Shown here: positions 40,279 through 49,645 of the stretch, piece after piece | How the letters are laid out: each line of letters starts with the position of its first letter | How positions within the stretch are numbered: the first letter of the stretch is position 1 | Source: an uncultured bacterium | Lineage (GTDB): Bacteria; Verrucomicrobiota; Kiritimatiellia; UBA8416; CAMZLY01 | Reading direction: 5' to 3' | NCBI GenBank assembly: GCA_947311825.1 | Contig: CAMZLY010000081.1 | Location: 1 to 63,906 of the forward strand | Length of the DNA: 63,906 nucleotides | The notes under the pieces: model-generated | The model's database searches: none | Told to the model about the DNA's origin: nothing | The model's input: only the letters and a program-made list of their open reading frames with translations | Program-made: the position numbers and the translations under genes

Positions 40279-41376
40279 CTAGAAAAGGCTAATACGGCGA
40301 GCGGGAACAATTACACGGTCACCATCTTCTAAGGCGAAATCCTGCTCAGGATTACCCTCTTTCATTATCTGCTTTGCATTTACGGTGAATTCAACATCTT
40401 CACCAGCAGCATTTTTTCTTATAACTCTAATGGCTTTTTCTTTTGCATAAAGCGGCAACCCACCTATTTTGAACATAAGGTTCATCATTGTAGCTGATTC
40501 AGCAGGACCAAAAGTAATAAAGCCTTTTCTTCGAACCTCCCCCAGCAACAAAATAGTTACTGGCTCAATTTTGGTTTCTGATACACCGCCACCTTCAACA
40601 TCTGACGCCGTTACCTTGCCGCCGACAATAACACGAACCAGATCATTGTTCCGTAATCGCAATGAAGGAACCCGAGGGGTACCATCATCATCGACAAGGT
40701 AATAATCCTCGCCCGGCAAAGAGTATGCAAGTGGCGACTGAAGACCATCTTTAACAACACTTACTTTTATTTTATTGGCAGATGCATTCAACCCGCCCGC
40801 ACGCAATAATAAGTCATTAAGTGATATGGAGTCACCTGCTCCAATCTGAATAATACCTGGCTTAGTAACAGATCCCACAATTTTAACCTTGTCGTATGAT
40901 GCCCTTAAAATTCTTACCTTAACTGTAGCCCTACTGAAATTGCGTGTTTTTAAAACTTCTTCAATTTTACGAGCCGCCTCACGTTCAGTTTTATTAAACA
41001 AAAATACCGGCCCCACATATTTCAGCTGAACAGCACCAAGGTTATTAACAGTATAACTACCGTCTAGCGATGGATCTTCCGCCACATTGATCATTAACAG
41101 GCAATCGGGTTGAATAGTTATACTTTCGTCTGAATCTGAATATCCGCTATCACTATATTTTCCTGCCGCATCTCCAGCGGCAGAAACAGGCGGTAACCCC
41201 GTCATTGGTGCATCCGGAGCATCTGGTCCGGCAGGAATATCATCAACTACTTCAGCAACATCAGAGGCTTCTAGTTCGGCCAAATATTGTTGGGCTGCCA
41301 CATCACGCTTTGTTGCACAACCCATGCCACCAAAAACCATAATACTCATTAAAAATAGTAATAAAAATCGTTGCAT
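40279..41376 (-). CDS. Outer-membrane polysaccharide export lipoprotein (Wza-like, Poly_export + SLBB)
   Basis: 365 aa. Lipobox VFGGMGC, the Poly_export-like block ITIQPDCLLMINVAEDPSLDGSYTVNNLGAVQLKYVG, and the C-terminal GDRVIVP. Confidence 0.8.
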   Translation of the reverse strand: MQRFLLLFLMSIMVFGGMGCATKRDVAAQQYLAELEASDVAEVVDDIPAGPDAPDAPMTGLPPVSAAGDAAGKYSDSGYSDSDESITIQPDCLLMINVAEDPSLDGSYTVNNLGAVQLKYVGPVFLFNKTEREAARKIEEVLKTRNFSRATVKVRILRASYDKVKIVGSVTKPGIIQIGAGDSISLNDLLLRAGGLNASANKIKVSVVKDGLQSPLAYSLPGEDYYLVDDDGTPRVPSLRLRNNDLVRVIVGGKVTASDVEGGGVSETKIEPVTILLLGEVRRKGFITFGPAESATMMNLMFKIGGLPLYAKEKAIRVIRKNAAGEDVEFTVNAKQIMKEGNPEQDFALEDGDRVIVPARRISLF

Positions 41377-41485
41377 ATTTCATTCATCCCGCTATTAAAC
41401 CAATAAACTAGTTAAATTTACATTAATACGAATGGTTGTTGTATATCCTGTTTTGACAAATAAAGTCAACCATAAAACCATCGTA

Positions 41486-44400
41486 TTATAACCTTTTGTT
41501 ATCCCTTATTGCTTTTTCAACCTCTTTAAGCATCACTTTTGACGTTTTATCTACAATAAAATTGCGGCCAGAACTCACCCCAACTTCAGTAATAATGCCT
41601 TTTGCTTCCTTTATATTACCAGCCTTAAAAAGTATTCTTGCCATATTAAGACGCATTTCCAACACCCTTGAATCATCATCAGGTACTAGAGCCATAGCCT
41701 TATCCATGTACTTACGAGCCAACTCAATCTCACCACTATACAAATAGACCATTGCCACAGTATCAAGAATTTCAAAGGATCCTTCACTATTTTCCAAAAG
41801 TTTATCCAAATATACACGAGCCTTATCAACTGTTGCCGGGTTCATAGCAAGATAATACACATAGTTGTTTAAAACTGATATATCTTGCGGATGTAATCTG
41901 TTTGTAGCATCAATTATACTTATTGCCTGCTTGTTTTCACCCTGCTGCCGAGCTGCTTCCGCCGCTAACATTAACGATTCTGTACGAACCTCTTTTATAT
42001 TGTTTTCTATCATCGGCTCCAAAACATCTAAAGCTCGTTTCATATCTTTATTTTTGAAATAAACAAAACCCAATGTTTCGTTCAACTGAGAACTACTGCC
42101 ACTACTACTACGCAAAAACTCTAGAGCGTTAACCATAGCACCATCAGTTTCTTTTTGTGCAACCTTAATTTGCACTATTGTTTTATAAAATATTGCCGGG
42201 TCATGTGCAAGCAAGATACTATCAAAGGCCAAATCAAGTGCTAATTGCCAATCTTTATTCTTTAATGCACAACGTAAACCCAAAACATACGGCGGCAATA
42301 CGCCATATCCATTTTTCACACCATACTCTGCCGCTACTGCGGCTGAGTCGATTAAGTTATTACGATACAATAAATCACCCGCACGCGTTATATCTCTAAC
42401 GGAATATGCAGAATTACTTACAGCCTCAACAACCATATCACCAACAGCCGCAGCAGTTTCATTACTCATACTTACCACAACATCCGCCAGCCATATACTA
42501 GAATCATTGGGACACGCAATTCTGGCGGCTTTAACAACATCTTTAGCACCCTTTGCCAGCTTGATTTGTAATCGATGCAAAAGTGGATTATGCGGCATAT
42601 ACTCAATGGCTTTCGATAAAGCCTGCTTAGCTACAGAATAATGCTCCTGCTGAATTGACAAAAGTGCCAATCGGTGCAAAGCATCACTTTTCTCATAGTC
42701 ATCTCTCCCTACGGCATCCCAGTCATCAATTTTTACATATTTCGACTCCCCGCCAGATTTATACCAAACTGCCGTTATCGCCGCTAAATTCTTTACAAAT
42801 GGACTAACTGCACCTTTCTCTACTGTTTCAAAAGCAACAGCACGATCTTTTAGTTGCTCATCAGTTAATGGTTTTGGCCAAATATCAGCAATAACACGCT
42901 CAGCCGGAGCAAAGTTTAAAAGCGTACTGTTTTCTATCCCTCTCCTGACTAACCGAGTTCCCCATACCTTACTCATCTTGTCAGCTTCTTTAAAACGCCC
43001 CGTATCATATAACAGTTGCGGCGATATTGCCGCCGAATTGAGAAGCCCCGCCTGATCCAACACAAAGAAAGCGTCTTCGGGAAAGCCAAACATATTCCAG
43101 AGAGCAACTTTTGATAAAGCAAGTTGCGGGGCACCAGAGAATATTCCTTCTGCATCCCGAATCAACTGCATCGCTGAAATACCCATATCTAAATGTATCA
43201 TTGCATTTATATTCTGCAAAACCGCATTAAGAGTGATTTCACCAGCAACCAGATTATATTGGCGTAGCGTCTCATATACCTTCCCCCAGCGCTTTTCCTC
43301 TGTATATAATGTGGCTTGACGCAACAATAAATCACGCTTCTGCTCTGGATATTGTACCAATAAAGCCGCCAACATCTTATGGGCTTCAGCGTACTCACCA
43401 TCAAGAGCCAAAACAAATGGATACATAATCTGCATACGATAACTCAACAAACCAGATTCACTTCTTTTTTTTAGTTCACCAAGACATTTAATCAAACTTG
43501 CCGCACGCAAATCCTCTATATCATCAACCAATAATTCTGACCTTAAAGGCACTTCAGCCAAAAATGATTTTAATGGCTCTACAGACTCTGTTAATTTACA
43601 AAACTCTCGCAAATCAAGAAGATTTTCCCGTTCATCTATCGGCACCTCAATATCTTTTCTTGAAAATCTAAACCAATTCACTCCAAACTGTACCACCGCC
43701 AACGCAAGAGCCGGATCATCAGCATCTAACTGCTGTAAATCAAGATAAGCAATCCAGCCCAAATCGGGTCGCTGCAACTTAAAACAATTCCCGAGATATT
43801 CAGCCAAAACATCTTGCGGCAATCTAGTAAGGTTGGCTTTAAAGTTCGCTGCCATCTTTTCCTCCCAGCCCGCACCTGGACGGCTAAGTGCCATCTTTGT
43901 AATATACCCCAAAAACCTCGCATCTTCAGGCCAACTTTTTAAAGCAACCCTTAATACCCGCTCCGCACCAAGTATATTTCTTTCCCGCAAATTAGCACTA
44001 ACAGCTATCAATGCCTGCGAGACCTCATCAAACGGAACGTCACTATTACAGTCAACTATTGCACCCCACTGCTCACGTGTAGCCAAATATGGGAAAAGAT
44101 TACGAACCCGCGAAGAAAGAGCCGTCCATTTAGCTGCCAATACAATATTCTTACTAACATCTTCTGCATTATCTTTACGTGCCGCATATTCAGCACGAAC
44201 AATAGCAACTCCCGGCAGACGTTTATCAGCATCAGGCAACGCATTAAGCACATCCATCGCTTCATCCATACGATCCAAGGCCATTAATGCCCAGCTTTTC
44301 CAGATCACCTCAATCAATTCTAGCTCACCATCAAGTGCATCTATTTTTACCAACACATCTTCAAATCTTTTCTGCTTCAACAGAATTCGTATCTGCTCAA

Positions 44401-45493
44401 TCCGCATCTCAGTATCGTCAGGGTCATACGCCAATACCTTCTCAATTGCACGGGCGGCAAGTTCTGGATCCCGTTCTGTCAATCCGGGAATAACATCACG
44501 AATCATCTCATTGCGATGGCTTGGCCTTGATTTAATTGCCGCAAAAACCACCACCAATATAAGCGTCATTCCCAAAACAACAAAACCACCCCTCCTGGAC
44601 ATAAAACGCCAAAACTTAGGTAATACACTACCAAGATCTGCCGGTTCAAGTTCACCGCGCAAAATCCCGCTTCTAATACGTATTCTCTTATCTGACCAAT
44701 ATTTATACAAAGACATTTCCACTTGGATAATCATAATAGATATAAAAAGAAATATACCGAGAGTATCATGCAGAAAAGTAGAAGCCCATTCCGGTGACAT
44801 TTGAGGTGCCCAATATACCATACCACTAATACGTACTACATTAAAAAACAACACTTGCACCACGCTAAATACCAAAAATGACAATAATTGCCACCACTTA
44901 AATCTTAGAAGAATACTGGTACCCAAAGTACACAACACCACCGTAACAGCCGTACGCATACCGCTACATGACTCCGGCACTCCAAACGTGGAACCATTAG
45001 TATAAAGAGCCATGCCATCAGCCCATACCCTGATATTAAACCCGTGCAATACCCATTCAGACACCTTAACCGATATCATCTGCATAATAATCTGAAAATG
45101 CCCAAAAATCTGCCCTGGCAACGGATGAACCCAATAAAGCATAAAAAGCGACAGCACAATATCTGTACCAAAACGAACAGGCAACGCCCATCGTAGGCAT
45201 GCATACAGCACAAAAATCAGGCCCAACCACTCAAACTGATGCACATGGAAAATAATACCATACAACGCCATAATAGTACCGCAACCACCAACTACCGGCA
45301 AAACCCATTCAGGTATTTTTACAACCACATCCCGTTCTTTCCAACGAAACAAAATAAATATCGCAAAAAACACTCCCAGAACAAACCGAATAAACCCCTC
45401 CTCATCTCCAGTCAGCCGCCCATAATTAGCAATACCCCAAGCCACCATCAAGAAACCGGCAGCAAACAAAACTATTTTTTTTACAAAACTCAT
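41486..45493 (-). CDS. Exosortase (EpsH/Xrt-like transpeptidase) fused to a ~1000-aa TPR/helical-repeat domain
   Basis: One uninterrupted ORF. The N-terminal ~290 aa are polytopic, with GVPESCSGMRT (Cys), FFNVVRISGM (Arg) and FLHDTLGIF (His) in exosortase order. An extra TM helix follows, then long helical repeats to the C-terminus. ATG at 45493; the track's GTG is at 45505. Confidence 0.7.
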   Translation of the reverse strand: MSFVKKIVLFAAGFLMVAWGIANYGRLTGDEEGFIRFVLGVFFAIFILFRWKERDVVVKIPEWVLPVVGGCGTIMALYGIIFHVHQFEWLGLIFVLYACLRWALPVRFGTDIVLSLFMLYWVHPLPGQIFGHFQIIMQMISVKVSEWVLHGFNIRVWADGMALYTNGSTFGVPESCSGMRTAVTVVLCTLGTSILLRFKWWQLLSFLVFSVVQVLFFNVVRISGMVYWAPQMSPEWASTFLHDTLGIFLFISIMIIQVEMSLYKYWSDKRIRIRSGILRGELEPADLGSVLPKFWRFMSRRGGFVVLGMTLILVVVFAAIKSRPSHRNEMIRDVIPGLTERDPELAARAIEKVLAYDPDDTEMRIEQIRILLKQKRFEDVLVKIDALDGELELIEVIWKSWALMALDRMDEAMDVLNALPDADKRLPGVAIVRAEYAARKDNAEDVSKNIVLAAKWTALSSRVRNLFPYLATREQWGAIVDCNSDVPFDEVSQALIAVSANLRERNILGAERVLRVALKSWPEDARFLGYITKMALSRPGAGWEEKMAANFKANLTRLPQDVLAEYLGNCFKLQRPDLGWIAYLDLQQLDADDPALALAVVQFGVNWFRFSRKDIEVPIDERENLLDLREFCKLTESVEPLKSFLAEVPLRSELLVDDIEDLRAASLIKCLGELKKRSESGLLSYRMQIMYPFVLALDGEYAEAHKMLAALLVQYPEQKRDLLLRQATLYTEEKRWGKVYETLRQYNLVAGEITLNAVLQNINAMIHLDMGISAMQLIRDAEGIFSGAPQLALSKVALWNMFGFPEDAFFVLDQAGLLNSAAISPQLLYDTGRFKEADKMSKVWGTRLVRRGIENSTLLNFAPAERVIADIWPKPLTDEQLKDRAVAFETVEKGAVSPFVKNLAAITAVWYKSGGESKYVKIDDWDAVGRDDYEKSDALHRLALLSIQQEHYSVAKQALSKAIEYMPHNPLLHRLQIKLAKGAKDVVKAARIACPNDSSIWLADVVVSMSNETAAAVGDMVVEAVSNSAYSVRDITRAGDLLYRNNLIDSAAVAAEYGVKNGYGVLPPYVLGLRCALKNKDWQLALDLAFDSILLAHDPAIFYKTIVQIKVAQKETDGAMVNALEFLRSSSGSSSQLNETLGFVYFKNKDMKRALDVLEPMIENNIKEVRTESLMLAAEAARQQGENKQAISIIDATNRLHPQDISVLNNYVYYLAMNPATVDKARVYLDKLLENSEGSFEILDTVAMVYLYSGEIELARKYMDKAMALVPDDDSRVLEMRLNMARILFKAGNIKEAKGIITEVGVSSGRNFIVDKTSKVMLKEVEKAIRDNKRL

Positions 45494-45523
45494 ATAAAGA
45501 ACCACCCCAATATATTAACAAAC

Positions 45524-47044
45524 TTAAAATTGATGGGTATAACGGAAATATGCCTCAAAAATATCACGAGTATAAACTAGATCGTCATTATCACTATCCC
45601 GAGAAACATGTGTATAATATGTGTAAAACTTGATTGTCTTTGTTACAGCAAAAGAAGATCCGATGCGCCCCATCCATGTATCGTAGTTGGATGTAGTTTC
45701 AGGATCATATAATTCATTCGGTAATAAATTAGGCTGATTCTCGCGTACCTGATAACGTAACACTCCATGCAATTCTATATACCTTGTTAGAGGGTAAGTA
45801 ACATCCAGTCGTGTAATCCAATCAGCGTAATCACTAAATATATTTCCACTCGGCACTGTTGTTCTATATTCAGAAAGCAAAGTAGCCGTAGTTGCCTCAC
45901 CATGCCATTCCAACCGATACTCAAGACTATCAACAAGCTCAAAAGCCGTACGATAACCAGTATTTATACTGCTGGAATATCCAAGCGAATGCCACACATC
46001 CTCCATCAACAACGTCTTAATACTAGCAAACCAAATAAACTGAGCAAAATTATTGCCATCAGCACCATATATATCAGAAATATTATTGGTAGATATCACC
46101 CCATCAACATTGCGAATCTGATCCCCCGCACGTATCTCACCATTAACTCCAGCAGAATACCCTATACCTATTGATGCCGTTGTATAATCACTCATCTTGA
46201 TGTGTAATCCATTATCATCACCAAGCCCATCATTATATCTAGCAAAAAGATAAAACGACTGATAACTATTATCAGGTCTATAATCAACCTTATAAGTTGT
46301 CTGATTAAAGCTATAATTGCCACCAACGGATATATTGCCGATCACACGTTGTGAATACTCCAACATCTGTTCATACGTAATACGTTCCTGATCGTCAAAT
46401 CCGTCACTAAAAGGAATAACATCTTGGCGACTTACATCAAATCGAAACTTCTTACCCCGTGCAAAATTCCAGTCAAGATATGTACCAATAGTATTATCAA
46501 TATACTCATACCGTTCACCACCATAACGGTCTGCATTTCCACGCGTATCAAAATAATCAGTGCGATACTTAAATCGATCATATAACGTACCGGTAAGCAC
46601 TGGTGTTATCCGGTAATTCAAAGTAATCGTTCCTAATACTCCCTCCTCCGGCATATCAAAATAAAACCCGCCCTCCTGCGTATCTAACGGATAATACTCA
46701 TAACTCATCCAGAACGAAATATCCAAATCCATCTTCCTTGTTATCAAAACATAATTCCTGAACGACAAAGTTGAAATCAACGGAAAATCTGAACCATCTT
46801 TTCTGATCTCACCACGCCGATTATTATAAAGATAATCGGTGCCTTTACCGGAACTCCCGGTCCACCTATATCCAAACTGTTGCGTAAATGCTACCGTTGA
46901 ATAAAATGGGCCAATCCGTAAAGTAGCATAATCAGGAATATTAACATCACGAGTATTATCAAAAGTTATTGCCTGCCCAAACAACATCCCCGCAAAAAAC
47001 AAATACGCCACAATAACAACTATTATGTTTTTATATATTCTCAA
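45524..47044 (-). CDS. Outer-membrane beta-barrel protein of unknown function
   Basis: 506 aa. Signal peptide (RIYKNIIVVIVAYLFFAGMLFGQ), alternating aromatic beta-strand pattern rich in Y/R/D/N/G, and a terminal ...FRYTHQF (C-terminal Phe). TTG start. Confidence 0.6.
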   Translation of the reverse strand: MRIYKNIIVVIVAYLFFAGMLFGQAITFDNTRDVNIPDYATLRIGPFYSTVAFTQQFGYRWTGSSGKGTDYLYNNRRGEIRKDGSDFPLISTLSFRNYVLITRKMDLDISFWMSYEYYPLDTQEGGFYFDMPEEGVLGTITLNYRITPVLTGTLYDRFKYRTDYFDTRGNADRYGGERYEYIDNTIGTYLDWNFARGKKFRFDVSRQDVIPFSDGFDDQERITYEQMLEYSQRVIGNISVGGNYSFNQTTYKVDYRPDNSYQSFYLFARYNDGLGDDNGLHIKMSDYTTASIGIGYSAGVNGEIRAGDQIRNVDGVISTNNISDIYGADGNNFAQFIWFASIKTLLMEDVWHSLGYSSSINTGYRTAFELVDSLEYRLEWHGEATTATLLSEYRTTVPSGNIFSDYADWITRLDVTYPLTRYIELHGVLRYQVRENQPNLLPNELYDPETTSNYDTWMGRIGSSFAVTKTIKFYTYYTHVSRDSDNDDLVYTRDIFEAYFRYTHQF

Positions 47045-47072
47045 ATCATCTCCACAATAAATATTACTACTT

Positions 47073-47089
47073 GAGGTGCTTGCAAAACT
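47073..47089 (+). repeat. Solo copy of the GAGGTGCTTGCAAAACT motif (MITE-end family)
   Basis: The same 17-mer as at 58631. It lies 29 nt outside the OMP start codon. Confidence 0.7.
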
Positions 47090-47147
47090 TTCTCATTATA
47101 ATAACCATAAAATCTGTGTTATGTAAATACTTTATATAAAGAGGGTG

Positions 47148-48767
47148 CTATTTCCGTAAAAAAACTTCAAGCCGCGTTCCGGCCTGTCCAAAACTATCTA
47201 CAGCATAACACAACTCATAATTTCGTTCTAAAATCTCCCATAAAACAACCTGTTCTTGCACCGGTAACTCAGCAACTTCAGGACAGCCAATTGCAAAACC
47301 ATAACCACTAAAAGCAGCTACCGGAGCAGAAGCCTTCTCCAATAATTCAATTAATGACGTTCTATTAAGCACATGACAAGCATCAGCCTTCTCTCGTGAC
47401 CAATTCGGAAAATAACTGAAAGGCCCCAGCTCCAAGCCATACGGAACCCGTGCTCCAGTTTCAACTGCCAAATAAATATCCTGCGTCAAAAGCAAATCAT
47501 TCGGGCCCAACTCTTTTCTGATTTCAGCGGCAGTCTCACGCAATATTGCCAATGAACTTTTTTCCTTAAAAGGCCACCATATTCTATCTCGGTCTCCAAT
47601 AAACCAGCCCTGAATCATAGGTGATGCAAACGCCGCCGCCATATTAAGAATAAAAACAATCAGTAATAACACCACTAAAGGCGAATATTTTGATCCTTCT
47701 GTTAAAACAGTAAAACTTGATAACAATCTAATAATAAATATAGACAGAAAAACAGCCAACAAAGGAAATATCATAACCTGATAATCATCATACGGAAAAG
47801 CCGCAACAAAATGTAATAGTGTAACAGCCGCAATAGCTACACAAAGAGACATATACAATGGAGACCATGCCTGACCTCGTTTTTTTGTTAGCCAAGTAAC
47901 AACCCCACCGACAAGTAAGCCTCCCAATGCAACAAAATAAACATTAAATAGCCGAGCAACAAACCCGGCCTTATAAGCCAAAATCTTAAATAACCCTCCC
48001 GCTTCACGTCCTGCATGATATTCAACAAGCCCAAACAACGTGGCCTCCGGTGCTTTTATCAAAAACGGCAAAAAAACCAATAACCCCGTCAATAACGCAC
48101 CAGCGGCAACCCACACAGCCGTTTTGAGATGAGAAGCATCACCCTTACCACGTAAAACATAAATAATATATACCAGTAAAACTGCCGGAATAACAGCAAT
48201 TGCCGAAAGACGCGTAGCAACAGCAAGTGACATAAACACACCAGAGATAAAAGCCGGCAGATAACCACGCTTTCCTTTACAAAAACTCAAAGCCAGAAAA
48301 CTACACACCAACAACAATCCAGCAAGAGCATAAGTTTTTACAATAACAAAGAAATAAGATTGATAAACATTTATCCCGATAAAAACAAATGTCATCAATG
48401 CCGCTACCCCCGCAACCTCCTTGGTCTCTTTTTGTTTTTCTGAGTTTAATACCATCATGCGATAAGCAAGCCAAGCCGCACCAATAGTGCAAAGCAAGCC
48501 CAAAACCGCCGTAAATATTCTCCCCCCCAACACACCAAAAGCATCAACCAATGGCCAGGCAATAGCATAAACAAACGCCATAATCGGCCCCTGCGTACTC
48601 GCAAAATCAATAAATGGCAACTGTCCCTCCGCCACCATCCTTCCAGAATAAAGATACCAGCCCTCATCCTGATTAAGCTCACCAAACCAAATATTAGCCG
48701 TAGCAAGCACCAAAGTTGCAACAACCACAACAGGCCAAAGAATCTCCAATAAACGTTTTATACTCAT
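47148..48767 (-). CDS. GT-C fold glycosyltransferase (ArnT/PMT-like, polyprenyl-phosphate-sugar dependent)
   Basis: 539 aa. More than 10 TM helices in the N-terminal two-thirds, an early acidic loop motif (GELNQDEGWY), and a soluble C-terminal domain. This architecture is typical of GT39/GT83-type enzymes. Confidence 0.65.
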   Translation of the reverse strand: MSIKRLLEILWPVVVVATLVLATANIWFGELNQDEGWYLYSGRMVAEGQLPFIDFASTQGPIMAFVYAIAWPLVDAFGVLGGRIFTAVLGLLCTIGAAWLAYRMMVLNSEKQKETKEVAGVAALMTFVFIGINVYQSYFFVIVKTYALAGLLLVCSFLALSFCKGKRGYLPAFISGVFMSLAVATRLSAIAVIPAVLLVYIIYVLRGKGDASHLKTAVWVAAGALLTGLLVFLPFLIKAPEATLFGLVEYHAGREAGGLFKILAYKAGFVARLFNVYFVALGGLLVGGVVTWLTKKRGQAWSPLYMSLCVAIAAVTLLHFVAAFPYDDYQVMIFPLLAVFLSIFIIRLLSSFTVLTEGSKYSPLVVLLLIVFILNMAAAFASPMIQGWFIGDRDRIWWPFKEKSSLAILRETAAEIRKELGPNDLLLTQDIYLAVETGARVPYGLELGPFSYFPNWSREKADACHVLNRTSLIELLEKASAPVAAFSGYGFAIGCPEVAELPVQEQVVLWEILERNYELCYAVDSFGQAGTRLEVFLRK

Positions 48768-48768
48768 C

Positions 48769-48845
48769 CACTATTCACTATTCACTATTCACTATCCACT
48801 ATCCACTATTCACTATCCACTATCCACTATCCACTATTCACTATT
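48769..48845 (-). repeat. Heptamer tandem array, 11 complete units of CACTATT / CACTATC
   Basis: Counted unit by unit. The pyrE TGA (rc of 48845-48847) lies at the junction of the last full unit and the following partial unit. The ATG of the GT-C gene (48767) is 1 nt from the other end. Confidence 0.95.
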
Positions 48846-49438
48846 CACGATCCCGGATGAACAAGCGGCAATTTTTGTTTACAAAGCGGACATTCATCCG
48901 GTGCCCATGTTATCGGCTCCATCTCTAATAAACTAAAAGTCGGATAGCCAAAATCAACTTTTCCACCACTTCTATTTACCAACAACGCCACAGCGACAAC
49001 TTCGCCGCCAGCATTCTTAACAATATCAATAGTCTCCTGCACACGCCCGCCACGAGTAACCACATCTTCAGCTACCACAATCTTTTCACCAGGATTTATT
49101 TTAAAGCGACGTAAATACAACTTATCATCCTGCTTTTCAGCAAAAATAGACTTCACCCCGATCTCACGAGCAACTTCATGCCCTACGACTATACCACCCA
49201 ATGCAGGTGCAATCACAGTATCAACAGCACCCAAGACCCCGGCAATAGTCATTTTTTCAACCAAGGCCTCACAACATTGTTGTGCATAAATAGGATAGCT
49301 CAACAAATTTGCACACTGAAAAAAACGATCACTATGCAACCCAGACCTCAATTCAAAATGCCCCTCAAGCAATGCATCAGTATTTTTCAGTATCTCAACG
49401 ACTTCTTCCGGTTTCATCATATTTGTCAAATCTTTCAT
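48845..49438 (-). CDS. pyrE: Orotate phosphoribosyltransferase
   Basis: 197 aa. PRPP-binding motif KIVVAEDVVTRGG and the N-terminal FELRSGLHSDRFFQ. Confidence 0.9.
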   Translation of the reverse strand: MKDLTNMMKPEEVVEILKNTDALLEGHFELRSGLHSDRFFQCANLLSYPIYAQQCCEALVEKMTIAGVLGAVDTVIAPALGGIVVGHEVAREIGVKSIFAEKQDDKLYLRRFKINPGEKIVVAEDVVTRGGRVQETIDIVKNAGGEVVAVALLVNRSGGKVDFGYPTFSLLEMEPITWAPDECPLCKQKLPLVHPGS

Positions 49439-49645
49439 TTTAGAGCTTTGTAAAACTTAATTTATAAATCTATGTTTTAATCAAACCATAATAACAGATA
49501 GATTGCAAGACACCCCTTTCACAAAACAGTGAATATTTTTTTATCAAAAATACCATATTTCTCTTGTTACAACTACAAATAATTAGATAAAGTGGTTATC
49601 AGTAACTATATATATTGCTTGTAACGCTTATTTAGGCATAAAATA

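Noticed and set aside
43833-44804. 323-aa plus-strand ORF inside the exosortase-TPR gene. The same applies to many shorter antisense ORFs, for example 2054-2518, 5697-6146, 8641-9036, 29805-30266, 33623-34066 and 39401-39835
   Set aside because: All are embedded antisense in long ORFs that have clear family motifs. Their S/T/A/I/P-rich composition is what is expected from the reverse frame of AT-rich coding DNA, and none has an RBS.
48769-48845. Heptamer arrays as CRISPR or as coding repeat proteins
   Set aside because: The units are contiguous 7-mers with no spacers. In gene sense they are saturated with stop codons in all frames.
48716-48928. 70-aa ORF reading IHYSLFTIHYPLFTIHYPLSTIHYS
   Set aside because: It is a pure translation of the stop-free strand of the heptamer array. 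The same applies to 4971-5234, 9880-10150 and 14167-14718.
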